46,914 nucleotides of DNA, taken from NCBI GenBank assembly GCA_034661055.1, contig JAYEKO010000047.1, positions 1 to 46,914 on the forward strand, given 5' to 3'. The position numbers were made by a program, and so were the translations under genes. This document shows, one piece after another, positions 38,470-46,914 of the stretch (position 1 is the stretch's first letter; each line of letters begins with the position of its first letter). Origin of the DNA: Campylobacterota bacterium. GTDB lineage: Bacteria > Campylobacterota > Campylobacteria > Campylobacterales > Sulfurimonadaceae. The notes under the pieces were generated by a model, which worked only from the letters and a program-made list of their open reading frames with translations, made no database searches and was not told the DNA's origin.

Positions 38470-41232
38470 ATGGGGTACTCAATGCTAGATATTTTCAAAC
38501 AAGAGAAGAGTTTTTTAACAAGAGCAAAAGAGAAGAGCAGTTTTAAATATAGAATAGTTTTTGATAATCGTGGTGCATTTGTAGAGATTTGTGATGCCAA
38601 ACTAAAACCTATCAGAGAGATAGACTACAGGGTTTATAATGGGCTTGATAGAGAGATATTAAAAGCAATAGAAAACTCAAAAGAGGAGGATTTTTTTCAG
38701 ATAAGTTGGGAGAGTGAAAACTCAAATATATATCTTGATGAACATCCTCGTATTTTGGAACTTTTAAGAACTAGCACAAAGCTTATAGATGGTAATGGTA
38801 AGAGTTTAGAGTTTAGTGATGGGGTGAAACAGTTAGAGCTTATTATTGAGAAAAAAGATGATAAGCTTACTGTTTATACTCAAATAGATAATGATGTGAT
38901 GTTTACGCTTATAAATCAAAATTATGCACTAAATGTGGATAATAAAATCATTCAGATATATAGTATTGGTGAGAATTTTGCCAAGATACAAAACTTTAAC
39001 ACAACTATAACTACCGATAAACTTGAAGAGTTTTTAACCATACTCCTTACCCATTTTGAAAATATTGATATAAAATATGAAGATTACAAGACAAGCTTTA
39101 GTGATGAAAAACGCTTAATCAAACCTGCTGTAATATTTGAAAAAATTACACAAGAGAATGAGCTTATACTTAGAACATCCGCAACAATCGGTAAATTGAG
39201 CCCTGAGTTTTTTAATGATTTTAATATCACTAAAGTTGTTTTAGTCAATGAGCTTGAGAAAAATATCAATGTTTTAGAGTGTGACTTCAGTGATGTTTTT
39301 GAGGTTTATAGCATCATTTTTAAATATCTTAATTCACTTAAGAGAAAGATGGATTCTAGTTTTAGTGAGGAGGATGGGCTTTTTATTATAGAGGAGGAAC
39401 TTTCTCGTGAATTTATTTTAAAGTATCTTCAAGAGATTATTGCTAAAGCAGAGCTTTTTGGAAGTGAAAAGCTAAAATCGTATAAATATAATACAAGCTC
39501 ACCTACACTCAATATAAACTTCAAAGATAAAATTGACTTTTTGGGTGGAGATGATGTGAGCGTAAGCATTGGCGATGAGAGTTTTAATGTTTTTGATATG
39601 ATAAGACTCTATAAAAAGCACTCCTATATCCCACTTAGCAATGGCGAAAAATCGATTATTGATAAAAGTTACATTTCAAAGCTAGAGAGAATCTTTAAAA
39701 AAGATGGCAAAGATATTAAGGTATCATTTTTTGATTTGCCAGAGATTGAGGAGCTTATCCATAAAAAAGAGCAAAAAGTTTTTAAAGATTCAAGAAATTT
39801 TTATGAGGGTTTTAATGGCTTGATTAAGTCAAAAACAAGACTTCCAAAGATGCAAGATGTAGTACTTAGAGACTATCAAAAGCAAGGTGTACGGTGGTTG
39901 AAATATCTTTATGATAATAATTTTGGTGGATGTTTAGCTGATGATATGGGGCTTGGTAAGACGCTTCAAGCCATCACTTTACTAAATTATATCTATCCAA
40001 AAACCAAAACCTCTTCACTTATTGTTATGCCAAAATCACTTCTAAGTAACTGGCAAAATGAACTTAATAAATTTGCTCCAAATCTTAGCTATTATGTTTA
40101 TTACGCCACAAACAGAGATATACAAGAGGCTAAAAAATCAAATCTTATCTTAACAAGTTACGCAATTGTGAGAAACGATATAAAAAGCTTTCAAGAGAAT
40201 AAATTTGACACTATCATACTTGATGAGTCTCAAAATATTAAAAATGTGGAGTCTAAAATATCAAAAGCGGTGATGCTACTTGATGCCAAACATAAGTTTA
40301 CGCTCAGTGGTACACCTATAGAAAATTCACTTTTTGAGCTCTACTCGCTCTTTCGATTTATAAATAACGGAATGTTCTCAACTATAAATGATTTTAAGAG
40401 AGATTTTGTTGTACCTATACAAGGGGAGGCAAATGAGGATGTTGCAAAGGTGCTTAAAGCGAAAATATCCCCATTTTTACTCAGACGGCTCAAACAAGAT
40501 GTACTCAAAGACCTACCAGAAAAACAAGAGCAAGTTATCTATGTAGATATGGATGAGGCACACAAAAAGTTTTATAATCAAAAAAGAGAGTACTATAAAC
40601 AACTACTTGATCATCAAATAGGTGAAAATGGGATAGAAAAATCAAAGTTTCTCATTCTTCAAGCTTTTAATGATTTAAGACAGATTGCATCGGCTCCAGA
40701 GCTAAAAAGCGAAGATGAGATAAACTCATCTAAGATAGATGCACTCTTTGAGATGCTTGAAGATATTATCTCAAATAATCATAAAGTTCTGCTTTTTGCT
40801 AACTATTTAGGCTCATTAGATTTGATAAGCGATAGAGCAAATGAGATGGGAATAGAGCATCTGCATATGACAGGAAGTACAAGAAACCGTCAAGAGTTAG
40901 TAGATAGATTTCAAAATGATAAAAGTATAAAACTCTTTCTTATGACACTCAAAGTTGGCGGCGTTGGGCTTAATCTTACTGAGGCTGATTATGTCTTTAT
41001 ATTTGATCCATGGTGGAATAAATCTGCTGAAAATCAAGCGATTGATAGAGCGCATAGAATGGGACAAAAAAATAGAGTATTTGCCTATAAGATGATAACA
41101 AAAGATACTATAGAAGAGAAAATACTAGAGCTTCAGGGGCAAAAACAAGATATGACAGATATGATAATTAGTGGTGATGAGGGTGGCTTAAAACAGCTTA
41201 GTGCTAGTGATTTAGATTATATTTTAGGTTAA
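38470..41232 (+). CDS. SNF2-family ATPase/translocase with long N-terminal region
   Basis: LRDYQ, LADDMGLGKT, DESQ, SGTPIEN, LLRRLK, GVGLNL, DPWWN, QAIDRAHRMGQ. Start could be 38482. Confidence 0.93.
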   Translation: MGYSMLDIFKQEKSFLTRAKEKSSFKYRIVFDNRGAFVEICDAKLKPIREIDYRVYNGLDREILKAIENSKEEDFFQISWESENSNIYLDEHPRILELLRTSTKLIDGNGKSLEFSDGVKQLELIIEKKDDKLTVYTQIDNDVMFTLINQNYALNVDNKIIQIYSIGENFAKIQNFNTTITTDKLEEFLTILLTHFENIDIKYEDYKTSFSDEKRLIKPAVIFEKITQENELILRTSATIGKLSPEFFNDFNITKVVLVNELEKNINVLECDFSDVFEVYSIIFKYLNSLKRKMDSSFSEEDGLFIIEEELSREFILKYLQEIIAKAELFGSEKLKSYKYNTSSPTLNINFKDKIDFLGGDDVSVSIGDESFNVFDMIRLYKKHSYIPLSNGEKSIIDKSYISKLERIFKKDGKDIKVSFFDLPEIEELIHKKEQKVFKDSRNFYEGFNGLIKSKTRLPKMQDVVLRDYQKQGVRWLKYLYDNNFGGCLADDMGLGKTLQAITLLNYIYPKTKTSSLIVMPKSLLSNWQNELNKFAPNLSYYVYYATNRDIQEAKKSNLILTSYAIVRNDIKSFQENKFDTIILDESQNIKNVESKISKAVMLLDAKHKFTLSGTPIENSLFELYSLFRFINNGMFSTINDFKRDFVVPIQGEANEDVAKVLKAKISPFLLRRLKQDVLKDLPEKQEQVIYVDMDEAHKKFYNQKREYYKQLLDHQIGENGIEKSKFLILQAFNDLRQIASAPELKSEDEINSSKIDALFEMLEDIISNNHKVLLFANYLGSLDLISDRANEMGIEHLHMTGSTRNRQELVDRFQNDKSIKLFLMTLKVGGVGLNLTEADYVFIFDPWWNKSAENQAIDRAHRMGQKNRVFAYKMITKDTIEEKILELQGQKQDMTDMIISGDEGGLKQLSASDLDYILG

Positions 41233-41236
41233 TATA

Positions 41237-42982
41237 ATGGTTGATTATAGTCACATAGAAATCATTAAAAACAAATATCTTTATCTGAGTGAGGGGGCAT
41301 TAAAAGGCCTGTGCAGTAAGTTTGGGATTGACCTTTACTTTGGTGCAGATGGATATGATATAGCTACAAAAACAATTCCTGAACTTTTTAGCCGTGATGG
41401 ATATTTAGAAAACTTTTATCATAAGTTAGAGCCTAAAGAGAAAAAGATATTAAAATTTATAGTCAATTATGGTGGTGATGATTTACAAAAAGCTGTAAAG
41501 AAAAAATTTAAATTTGAGATAGTTATATTTACTAAAAACAAAATGAGAATCTATGTCTGGTGGTTAGAACTTTTCATAGACAATAACCATTTTGATGATT
41601 ATCTTAAAGATATATTTTTAAGTTTTTTGAGTGAAAATAGAAGAGAGAATCAAACAAAGCGGAGTAAAACCAAAAAGGCAATAGAAGCTAGGTTTGATAC
41701 GGTAGATGATATTACAAAAGTGATTATTACTAAGTGCGATATAAATGGTGAAGCATACCCACAAACTTTAAAAGAGTATGATGTAGTAGATACTGTTTTA
41801 AACGTACAGCTGCTCTACACATTTTGTTTAGATAAAAAGATAAAAATGACTCAAAAAAGGCAACTTGCTAAAGTAAGTCAGAACATATTGCAAGAGCAGT
41901 TTTTAGATGATTTTGAAGAGGTTGATTATCTAAACTTTCTTATAAATAGTAATTATTTAGTTACAGATAAAGAGATAACACCAGCAAATAAATTTATAAA
42001 GCTAATGGCAAATAGTGGTGGTGAAATTATCAAAAAACTCTATAGTGATTTTATACAACTTCATAAGATAGTTGAACTAGAGTATGCAATGTTTAGGGTA
42101 TCACTTGTTAAAGGCAGTCACATTTCACTTTTAAGAGCTAGAATTTTAGAGATTATAAAAGCTCAAGATAACTCACAATGGATAAATGTTGATTTTATAG
42201 TTGATAAAATAAGCTTGGATGCAAAAACTCTTAAGCAGATTACTAATGATTATGATTACTGTTACCATTTTAAAGGAAACTCTCTAAGAGGAAAATTCAA
42301 TGCCATTGAGCATCTAAAAGTAGTAGTGCGATATTTTGTAAAATCTTTTATAGGGTTAATGCATCAGTTTGGCTTGTGCAAAATGGCTTATACAGAGTTT
42401 CAAGCATATAACAAAGAAGATGTTCGCATACTAGGAGATGAAAAAGGTGCTAGATATGCAAATATAGAGTTTTTTAAACTGAGTGAACTTGGACTGTTTG
42501 CATTGGGGTTACAAAAGCAGTTTAAAGATTCAAATGAGTACAAGGTTATTTTAAATGAATATACCTTAGAGTTTAAGGTTGAAGGTGCAAACAGCTTATC
42601 AGATATCTTTTTAAATAATATATCTACACAACTTACAGATGAAAAATATAAAACCGATATAAAAACTTTTATGAAAAATATAACCAAAAAGAGTGAGTAT
42701 AAGCAGATAGAGTCATCATTTTTACAGAGAGTCGATAATGTACCACAAAATTGGAGGGATTTTTTTATGCTCTTCAATGAGAGACAAGAGAGCATGTCAG
42801 TTGTATCATCATCTTGTGTTTTGATAAAGGTAGAAAACAGCAGAGAGGTCTTAAAACTAATGAGTGCTAATAAAAAACTGCAAGAGAAGATTTTAAAGGC
42901 TGATAAGATGCATATTGTTGTGTTGAAATCTAATTTAGAGTATGTCAAAAAAGCATTTAAAGAGTATGGGGTTTTAATATAA
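41237..42982 (+). CDS. Hypothetical protein, possible XPB-N/Helicase_C_3-like C-terminal domain (paralog 1)
   Basis: 581 aa ORF 4 nt after the SNF2 stop; FKLSELGLFALG...VPQNWRDFF...VLKSNL tail shared with the next gene. Confidence 0.6.
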   Translation: MVDYSHIEIIKNKYLYLSEGALKGLCSKFGIDLYFGADGYDIATKTIPELFSRDGYLENFYHKLEPKEKKILKFIVNYGGDDLQKAVKKKFKFEIVIFTKNKMRIYVWWLELFIDNNHFDDYLKDIFLSFLSENRRENQTKRSKTKKAIEARFDTVDDITKVIITKCDINGEAYPQTLKEYDVVDTVLNVQLLYTFCLDKKIKMTQKRQLAKVSQNILQEQFLDDFEEVDYLNFLINSNYLVTDKEITPANKFIKLMANSGGEIIKKLYSDFIQLHKIVELEYAMFRVSLVKGSHISLLRARILEIIKAQDNSQWINVDFIVDKISLDAKTLKQITNDYDYCYHFKGNSLRGKFNAIEHLKVVVRYFVKSFIGLMHQFGLCKMAYTEFQAYNKEDVRILGDEKGARYANIEFFKLSELGLFALGLQKQFKDSNEYKVILNEYTLEFKVEGANSLSDIFLNNISTQLTDEKYKTDIKTFMKNITKKSEYKQIESSFLQRVDNVPQNWRDFFMLFNERQESMSVVSSSCVLIKVENSREVLKLMSANKKLQEKILKADKMHIVVLKSNLEYVKKAFKEYGVLI

Positions 42983-44733
42983 TGGAATTTTTTATATACG
43001 AAGATGAAGAAGTTGAACAGATTTTAAATTATTGTAAATATGAAGAGCTAAAGGCATTTACTAAATTTATAGATGATGTTGTTTCACTTAATTTTTTAAT
43101 AACCAAGATACACACAATGAAAAAAATGGCACTTGTGGATACTCTTACTAAGGTATTACAAAAAGATGAAAACTTACTAGCTATTGCAAAAAAGCTATAC
43201 TCTAGTGAGGTGTCAAAGTATCTGTATGCAAGTGTAGTTTGGGAAGGCGAAGAGCCTGATACCTCTTTTGTTGAGGCAAAGTACAACTATAAATTTGTAG
43301 AACCTCGTAGAGTAAGTCGATATGGAGTAGAAGAGACTTCACAAAAAGGTCGTTTTGCTCTGCTTCATAGACTTACAAGAGAGCGGACATATTGGGACGG
43401 GGAGATAGATGTATTGTCAGTAACTGACAGCATGAAGATGCTCCTAAAAGTTGTTTTACCTATTCCTGATGATTTTAATATGACCTCCACAAAAGAGCCT
43501 ATAAATACAGAGCATATCTACTCAAATGAGAGTGGTATTTTAAATTTTATAGATATTATTGGTGATATGCTTAGCAATAATCTTGTAGAGATTGGTAAAA
43601 CAGGTGAAAAACCAAAAGCTAAAACGCTAAAAGTTTTAAAAACCACCACAAATATAGATGAGTTTTATAGTGCTAAAAAACTAGATAATTTTGCAGTAGA
43701 TATGCTTACACGTAGTTTTTACTACTATCATTTGGCAAATACAAAGTTCAAAAACAGTCAACTAGACTCTTTAAAAGATTTTGTACAGAGTGAGTTTAAT
43801 GGAAAACTTTACTTTTTTATCTCAAGAATACTGGTCTCACATCTTAATAAAGTAAGGTTTGATCATCACTACACAAACGAGATTAGACTTTTTCAAACCC
43901 TTAGGCTTATCATCTCACAATTTCCACTTGATGGTTGGGTAGATATAGACAATATCTTGAAGTTTTCAAAATATAGAAGTTTAGAGTTTCATTTTGAGTA
44001 TGATTCAAAAACAAATATGTACTGGTATAAAGATGAAGATGGCAAAGAGTTTAATTGTGAGGGTAAAGAGTACTATACCTACTTTTTTGATCCTATCATT
44101 AAAGGAGCATTTTTTTATCTTGCCTCTCTAGGATTATTTGAGATAAAATATAATAACTTAGAGAGTTCATACATCTCTGCATGGGATAATTTAAAATATA
44201 TAAGCTTTACACCTCTTGGCAAATACATCTTTGGTGCAACTGATAGTTATGAGTTACCAAAACAGTCTTCTAAGTCAAAAATAACAACTCTAAAATTTGA
44301 TGAGTTTAAACCTATAATCTCACTGCAAAAAGATGATGCAATATCAAAAGCAAAATTAGAGCCTTTTTGTGATAATTTAGATGATCAAAGATTGATTTTG
44401 AGCCATACTAAAATATTTAAAGATTGTGATGGGCAAAAAGCACTCGATTTAAAGATAGATGCTTTTTATAAAAATATAGAAGCAAATCCACCCCAAGTTT
44501 TTAAAGATTTTTTTGATGAGATAAAACAAAACTCTAATCTTTTAACAAAAGATTTAGATCAAATAGTTATAGAACTAAAAGATAATAAAAAGCTTTTAAA
44601 TCTCTTTATGAATAATAAAAAAATACAAGATATTATTGTAAAAGCGCAAGGCTATAGGGTTATAGTTCTAAAATCAAATTTAGCTAAATTAACAAAACTT
44701 GTAAAAGAAAATGGTTTTTTTGTTGAGTTTTAA
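42982..44733 (+). CDS. Hypothetical protein, possible XPB-N/Helicase_C_3-like C-terminal domain (paralog 2)
   Basis: 583 aa ORF with TAATG overlap; ISFTPLGKYIFG...PPQVFKDFF...VLKSNL tail. Confidence 0.6.
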   Translation: MEFFIYEDEEVEQILNYCKYEELKAFTKFIDDVVSLNFLITKIHTMKKMALVDTLTKVLQKDENLLAIAKKLYSSEVSKYLYASVVWEGEEPDTSFVEAKYNYKFVEPRRVSRYGVEETSQKGRFALLHRLTRERTYWDGEIDVLSVTDSMKMLLKVVLPIPDDFNMTSTKEPINTEHIYSNESGILNFIDIIGDMLSNNLVEIGKTGEKPKAKTLKVLKTTTNIDEFYSAKKLDNFAVDMLTRSFYYYHLANTKFKNSQLDSLKDFVQSEFNGKLYFFISRILVSHLNKVRFDHHYTNEIRLFQTLRLIISQFPLDGWVDIDNILKFSKYRSLEFHFEYDSKTNMYWYKDEDGKEFNCEGKEYYTYFFDPIIKGAFFYLASLGLFEIKYNNLESSYISAWDNLKYISFTPLGKYIFGATDSYELPKQSSKSKITTLKFDEFKPIISLQKDDAISKAKLEPFCDNLDDQRLILSHTKIFKDCDGQKALDLKIDAFYKNIEANPPQVFKDFFDEIKQNSNLLTKDLDQIVIELKDNKKLLNLFMNNKKIQDIIVKAQGYRVIVLKSNLAKLTKLVKENGFFVEF

Positions 44734-44877
44734 GCTCTAAATTGGAAAATTCCAAATAAAGCTTTTTATGGTTTAAAAATTGTACTTCTAATTTTAGTTT
44801 TTGTGTAAAAATGCGTATTGTAGTAGCTTTACGCCAATGTCATTTTTACTCTATATTCTTATGCTACACTACTAACT

Positions 44878-46887
44878 ATGAAATATTCAATAATAATAGT
44901 CCTTCTTAGCATCTCCCTCAATGCACAATTAAAAGATGTCACATTAGTACTTCCATGGAAGCATCAGTTTCAGTTTGCTGGATATTATGTGGCTCAGAAG
45001 ATGGGATACTATAAAGATGTCGGTTTACATGTAAAAATCAATGAATATGACTTTTCAATAGATAATACCAAAGATGTATCCACGCTTAAGTCTGAATTTG
45101 GAGTGGGGCACTCTTCATTAATTATAGACAGGATAGACAATTATAAAAATATTGTTCTCTTAAATGCTATTCATCAAGTGTCACCTTTTGTGCTTATTTC
45201 AACAAAATATAGTAAACTTGAAGATATAGCTGGCAAAACTGTTATGATGACAAACGACCAAGCATCAACTGCTTCAATAAATGCGATGTTATACTCCAGA
45301 GGTTTACAGCAGAGTAGCTATAAGACAGTTGACACAAGCTTTACACCGCAGGACTTGGTAAACTCAAAAGCAGATTTTATGACAGCCTACTCATCAAATG
45401 AACCCTATACATTAAGCCAAAAAGGCTTGCCTACATTTAGTTTCGATCCCAAAGATTACGGATATGAGTTCTATGGTGATATGCTTTTTACCTCTAAAGA
45501 GATGATAGAGACTAGACAAGAAGATGTTGATAACTTTAGGTTGGCTTCGCTTAAGGGATGGAAATATGCTTATGAGCATATTGATGAAACTGTTGATTTG
45601 ATTTTAAAATATTACAATACTCAAAATAGAGCAAGGTCCGCACTACTCTTTGAAGCAAATGTTCTCAAAGAGATGGCTCTTGTTGATAATGTGGCATTTG
45701 GAAATATCAATCCACTTCGTCTAAAAGAGATTACGACAACATATCATCTGCTCAACCTCATTAAGAAAAAAAATAATAGCAATATTGATTTTAAATCATT
45801 TATATATGCTACACCAAACGATTTTGATTTTGTAATAGAGAAAGAAGAGAAGAGTTCTCTCTTTTTGTTTATTGAAAACATATATTTCATATTTTTTACT
45901 GTTTTACTGTTTAGCATTATATTAGTTGGTATATTTTTTAAAATAAAAATGCAAAAACTTTTAGAAAAACAGACTATGGAGTTAAAACTAACAGGCGATA
46001 TGTTTCACAAAAATATCGCTTCATGCAAAACTGATATCAAAGGCCGTATGACTTATGTTTCAGAGGCATTTTGTAAAACATGCGGATATACAGAAAGTGA
46101 GCTTCTAAACAGAACCCATGCTATTTTAAAAAGCAAAGAGAGCACTAAGACATTTTATAAAGAGTTATGGATGACTATTGCAAGCGGTCATGTTTGGAAG
46201 GGTGAATTTAAAAATATAAAAAAAGATGGCTCTGCATATTGGATACAAGCGGTTATTACCCCATTATTAGATAAAAATAATAATATCATATCGTATGAAG
46301 CGATAGCTCAAGATACTACACTCTCTCATGTATTGGGGCAGTTTAATGTACAGCTAGAACTTGAGGTAAAGAAAAAAACTGAAATACTAGAAAAATTAGC
46401 AGTAACAGATAAGTTAACAGGAATTTATAACAGAGTGAAGCTAGATGATGAGTTAGAATCAAATTATAAACACTTTCAAGAGTTTAATGAAAACTTTTCT
46501 ATCATAATTATAGATATAGATAAGTTTAAAGATGTTAATGATACCCATGGACATCAAGTTGGTGATATAGTTCTAAAAGAGGTGACACAGATTGTTAAAA
46601 GTAAAATTCGCTCAACCGATACACTAGGGCGCTGGGGTGGTGAAGAGTTTATGGTAATTTGTCCTAATTCAAACTGTAATGTAGCTTATGATGTAGCACA
46701 AAAAATAAGGAAGTCTATCGAGATATATAAATTTTCTAGAGTTGGTAAGCTGAGTATTTCAGCAGGTGTTGCTGATATACATGTAAATCATAATCTTGAT
46801 CAGATGATTACTTGTGCAGATACAGCACTCTATGATGTTAAGCACTCTGGTAGAAATAATGTAGGTAAATGTGAGCTGAAAGCATGA
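44878..46887 (+). CDS. Membrane diguanylate cyclase (NMT1/THI5-like periplasmic binding domain, TM, PAS/PAC, GGDEF)
   Basis: Signal-like N-terminus, WKHQFQFAGYYVA..GYY, TM segment, WKGEFKNIKKDGSAYW, DKLTGIYNR, RSTD, RWGGEEF. Confidence 0.92.
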   Translation: MKYSIIIVLLSISLNAQLKDVTLVLPWKHQFQFAGYYVAQKMGYYKDVGLHVKINEYDFSIDNTKDVSTLKSEFGVGHSSLIIDRIDNYKNIVLLNAIHQVSPFVLISTKYSKLEDIAGKTVMMTNDQASTASINAMLYSRGLQQSSYKTVDTSFTPQDLVNSKADFMTAYSSNEPYTLSQKGLPTFSFDPKDYGYEFYGDMLFTSKEMIETRQEDVDNFRLASLKGWKYAYEHIDETVDLILKYYNTQNRARSALLFEANVLKEMALVDNVAFGNINPLRLKEITTTYHLLNLIKKKNNSNIDFKSFIYATPNDFDFVIEKEEKSSLFLFIENIYFIFFTVLLFSIILVGIFFKIKMQKLLEKQTMELKLTGDMFHKNIASCKTDIKGRMTYVSEAFCKTCGYTESELLNRTHAILKSKESTKTFYKELWMTIASGHVWKGEFKNIKKDGSAYWIQAVITPLLDKNNNIISYEAIAQDTTLSHVLGQFNVQLELEVKKKTEILEKLAVTDKLTGIYNRVKLDDELESNYKHFQEFNENFSIIIIDIDKFKDVNDTHGHQVGDIVLKEVTQIVKSKIRSTDTLGRWGGEEFMVICPNSNCNVAYDVAQKIRKSIEIYKFSRVGKLSISAGVADIHVNHNLDQMITCADTALYDVKHSGRNNVGKCELKA

Positions 46888-46914
46888 TTCGTTATTTGCT
46901 TCTTTTCTCTTTGG

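Larger units (their letters stand above)
596..46786. repeat. Dispersed highly iterated palindrome TTACATGTAA (core TACATGTA)
   Basis: Exact 10-mers start at 596, 2862, 5659, 11563, 12433, 12574, 17256, 21052, 23235, 27653, 28192, 30220, 35580, 45025. Core variants at 2324, 8421, 22736, 27129, 33315, 36916, 46777. Confidence 0.9.

Noticed and set aside
383..43286. Short alternative-frame and antisense ORFs in the track (e.g. 6057..6320, 14079..14546, 20114..20479, 27690..28031, 37210..37527, 42400..42948)
   Set aside because: All lie within well-supported genes, lack recognisable motifs, and look like shadow ORFs.
38470..44733. Assignment to Zorya, DISARM or RapA/HepA
   Set aside because: No ZorA/ZorB membrane pair, methylase, DrmA/B or RapA-type domains in the cassette.
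38300..44878. SNF2 cassette as a mobile element with att sites or target duplications
   Set aside because: No integrase, transposase, tRNA or flanking direct repeat seen. Only a weak TTGGAA-AA-TTCCAA hairpin near 44742.
596..46786. Treating TTACATGTAA as a CRISPR repeat or ordinary transcription-factor operator
   Set aside because: Copies are dispersed, not arrayed, and nearly all lie deep inside coding regions rather than at promoters.

Overview
AT-rich bacterial chromosome segment. Gene order (yajC-secD-secF-DUF6394-leuS-lptE-folC-M23-bactofilin-mfd; uvrD-truB-csrA-ispE-smpB; ffh-rpsP-khpA-rimM-trmD-rplS) points to a Campylobacterota, probably Sulfurimonas/Sulfurovum-like (inference). About 40 CDS; I saw no rRNA, tRNA, CRISPR array, integrase or transposase. 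Four things stand out. (1) The palindrome TTACATGTAA (core TACATGTA) occurs 14 times exactly and 21 times as the core, almost always inside genes and in all three reading frames, like a HIP1- or uptake-sequence-type chromosomal signal. (2) A compositionally distinct three-gene cassette encodes a SNF2 ATPase plus two paralogous ~580 aa proteins with an XPB-N/Helicase_C_3-like C-terminus, a candidate defence or DNA-processing system. (3) A four-gene operon encodes an M20 peptidase, two ATP-grasp ligases (one with an HhH-like tail) and a large cytoplasmic M14 carboxypeptidase, a candidate peptide writer/eraser system. (4) Two unrelated secreted proteases share a ~120 aa C-terminal domain that I do not recognise. 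All domain calls come from motif recognition by eye, and counts are manual.
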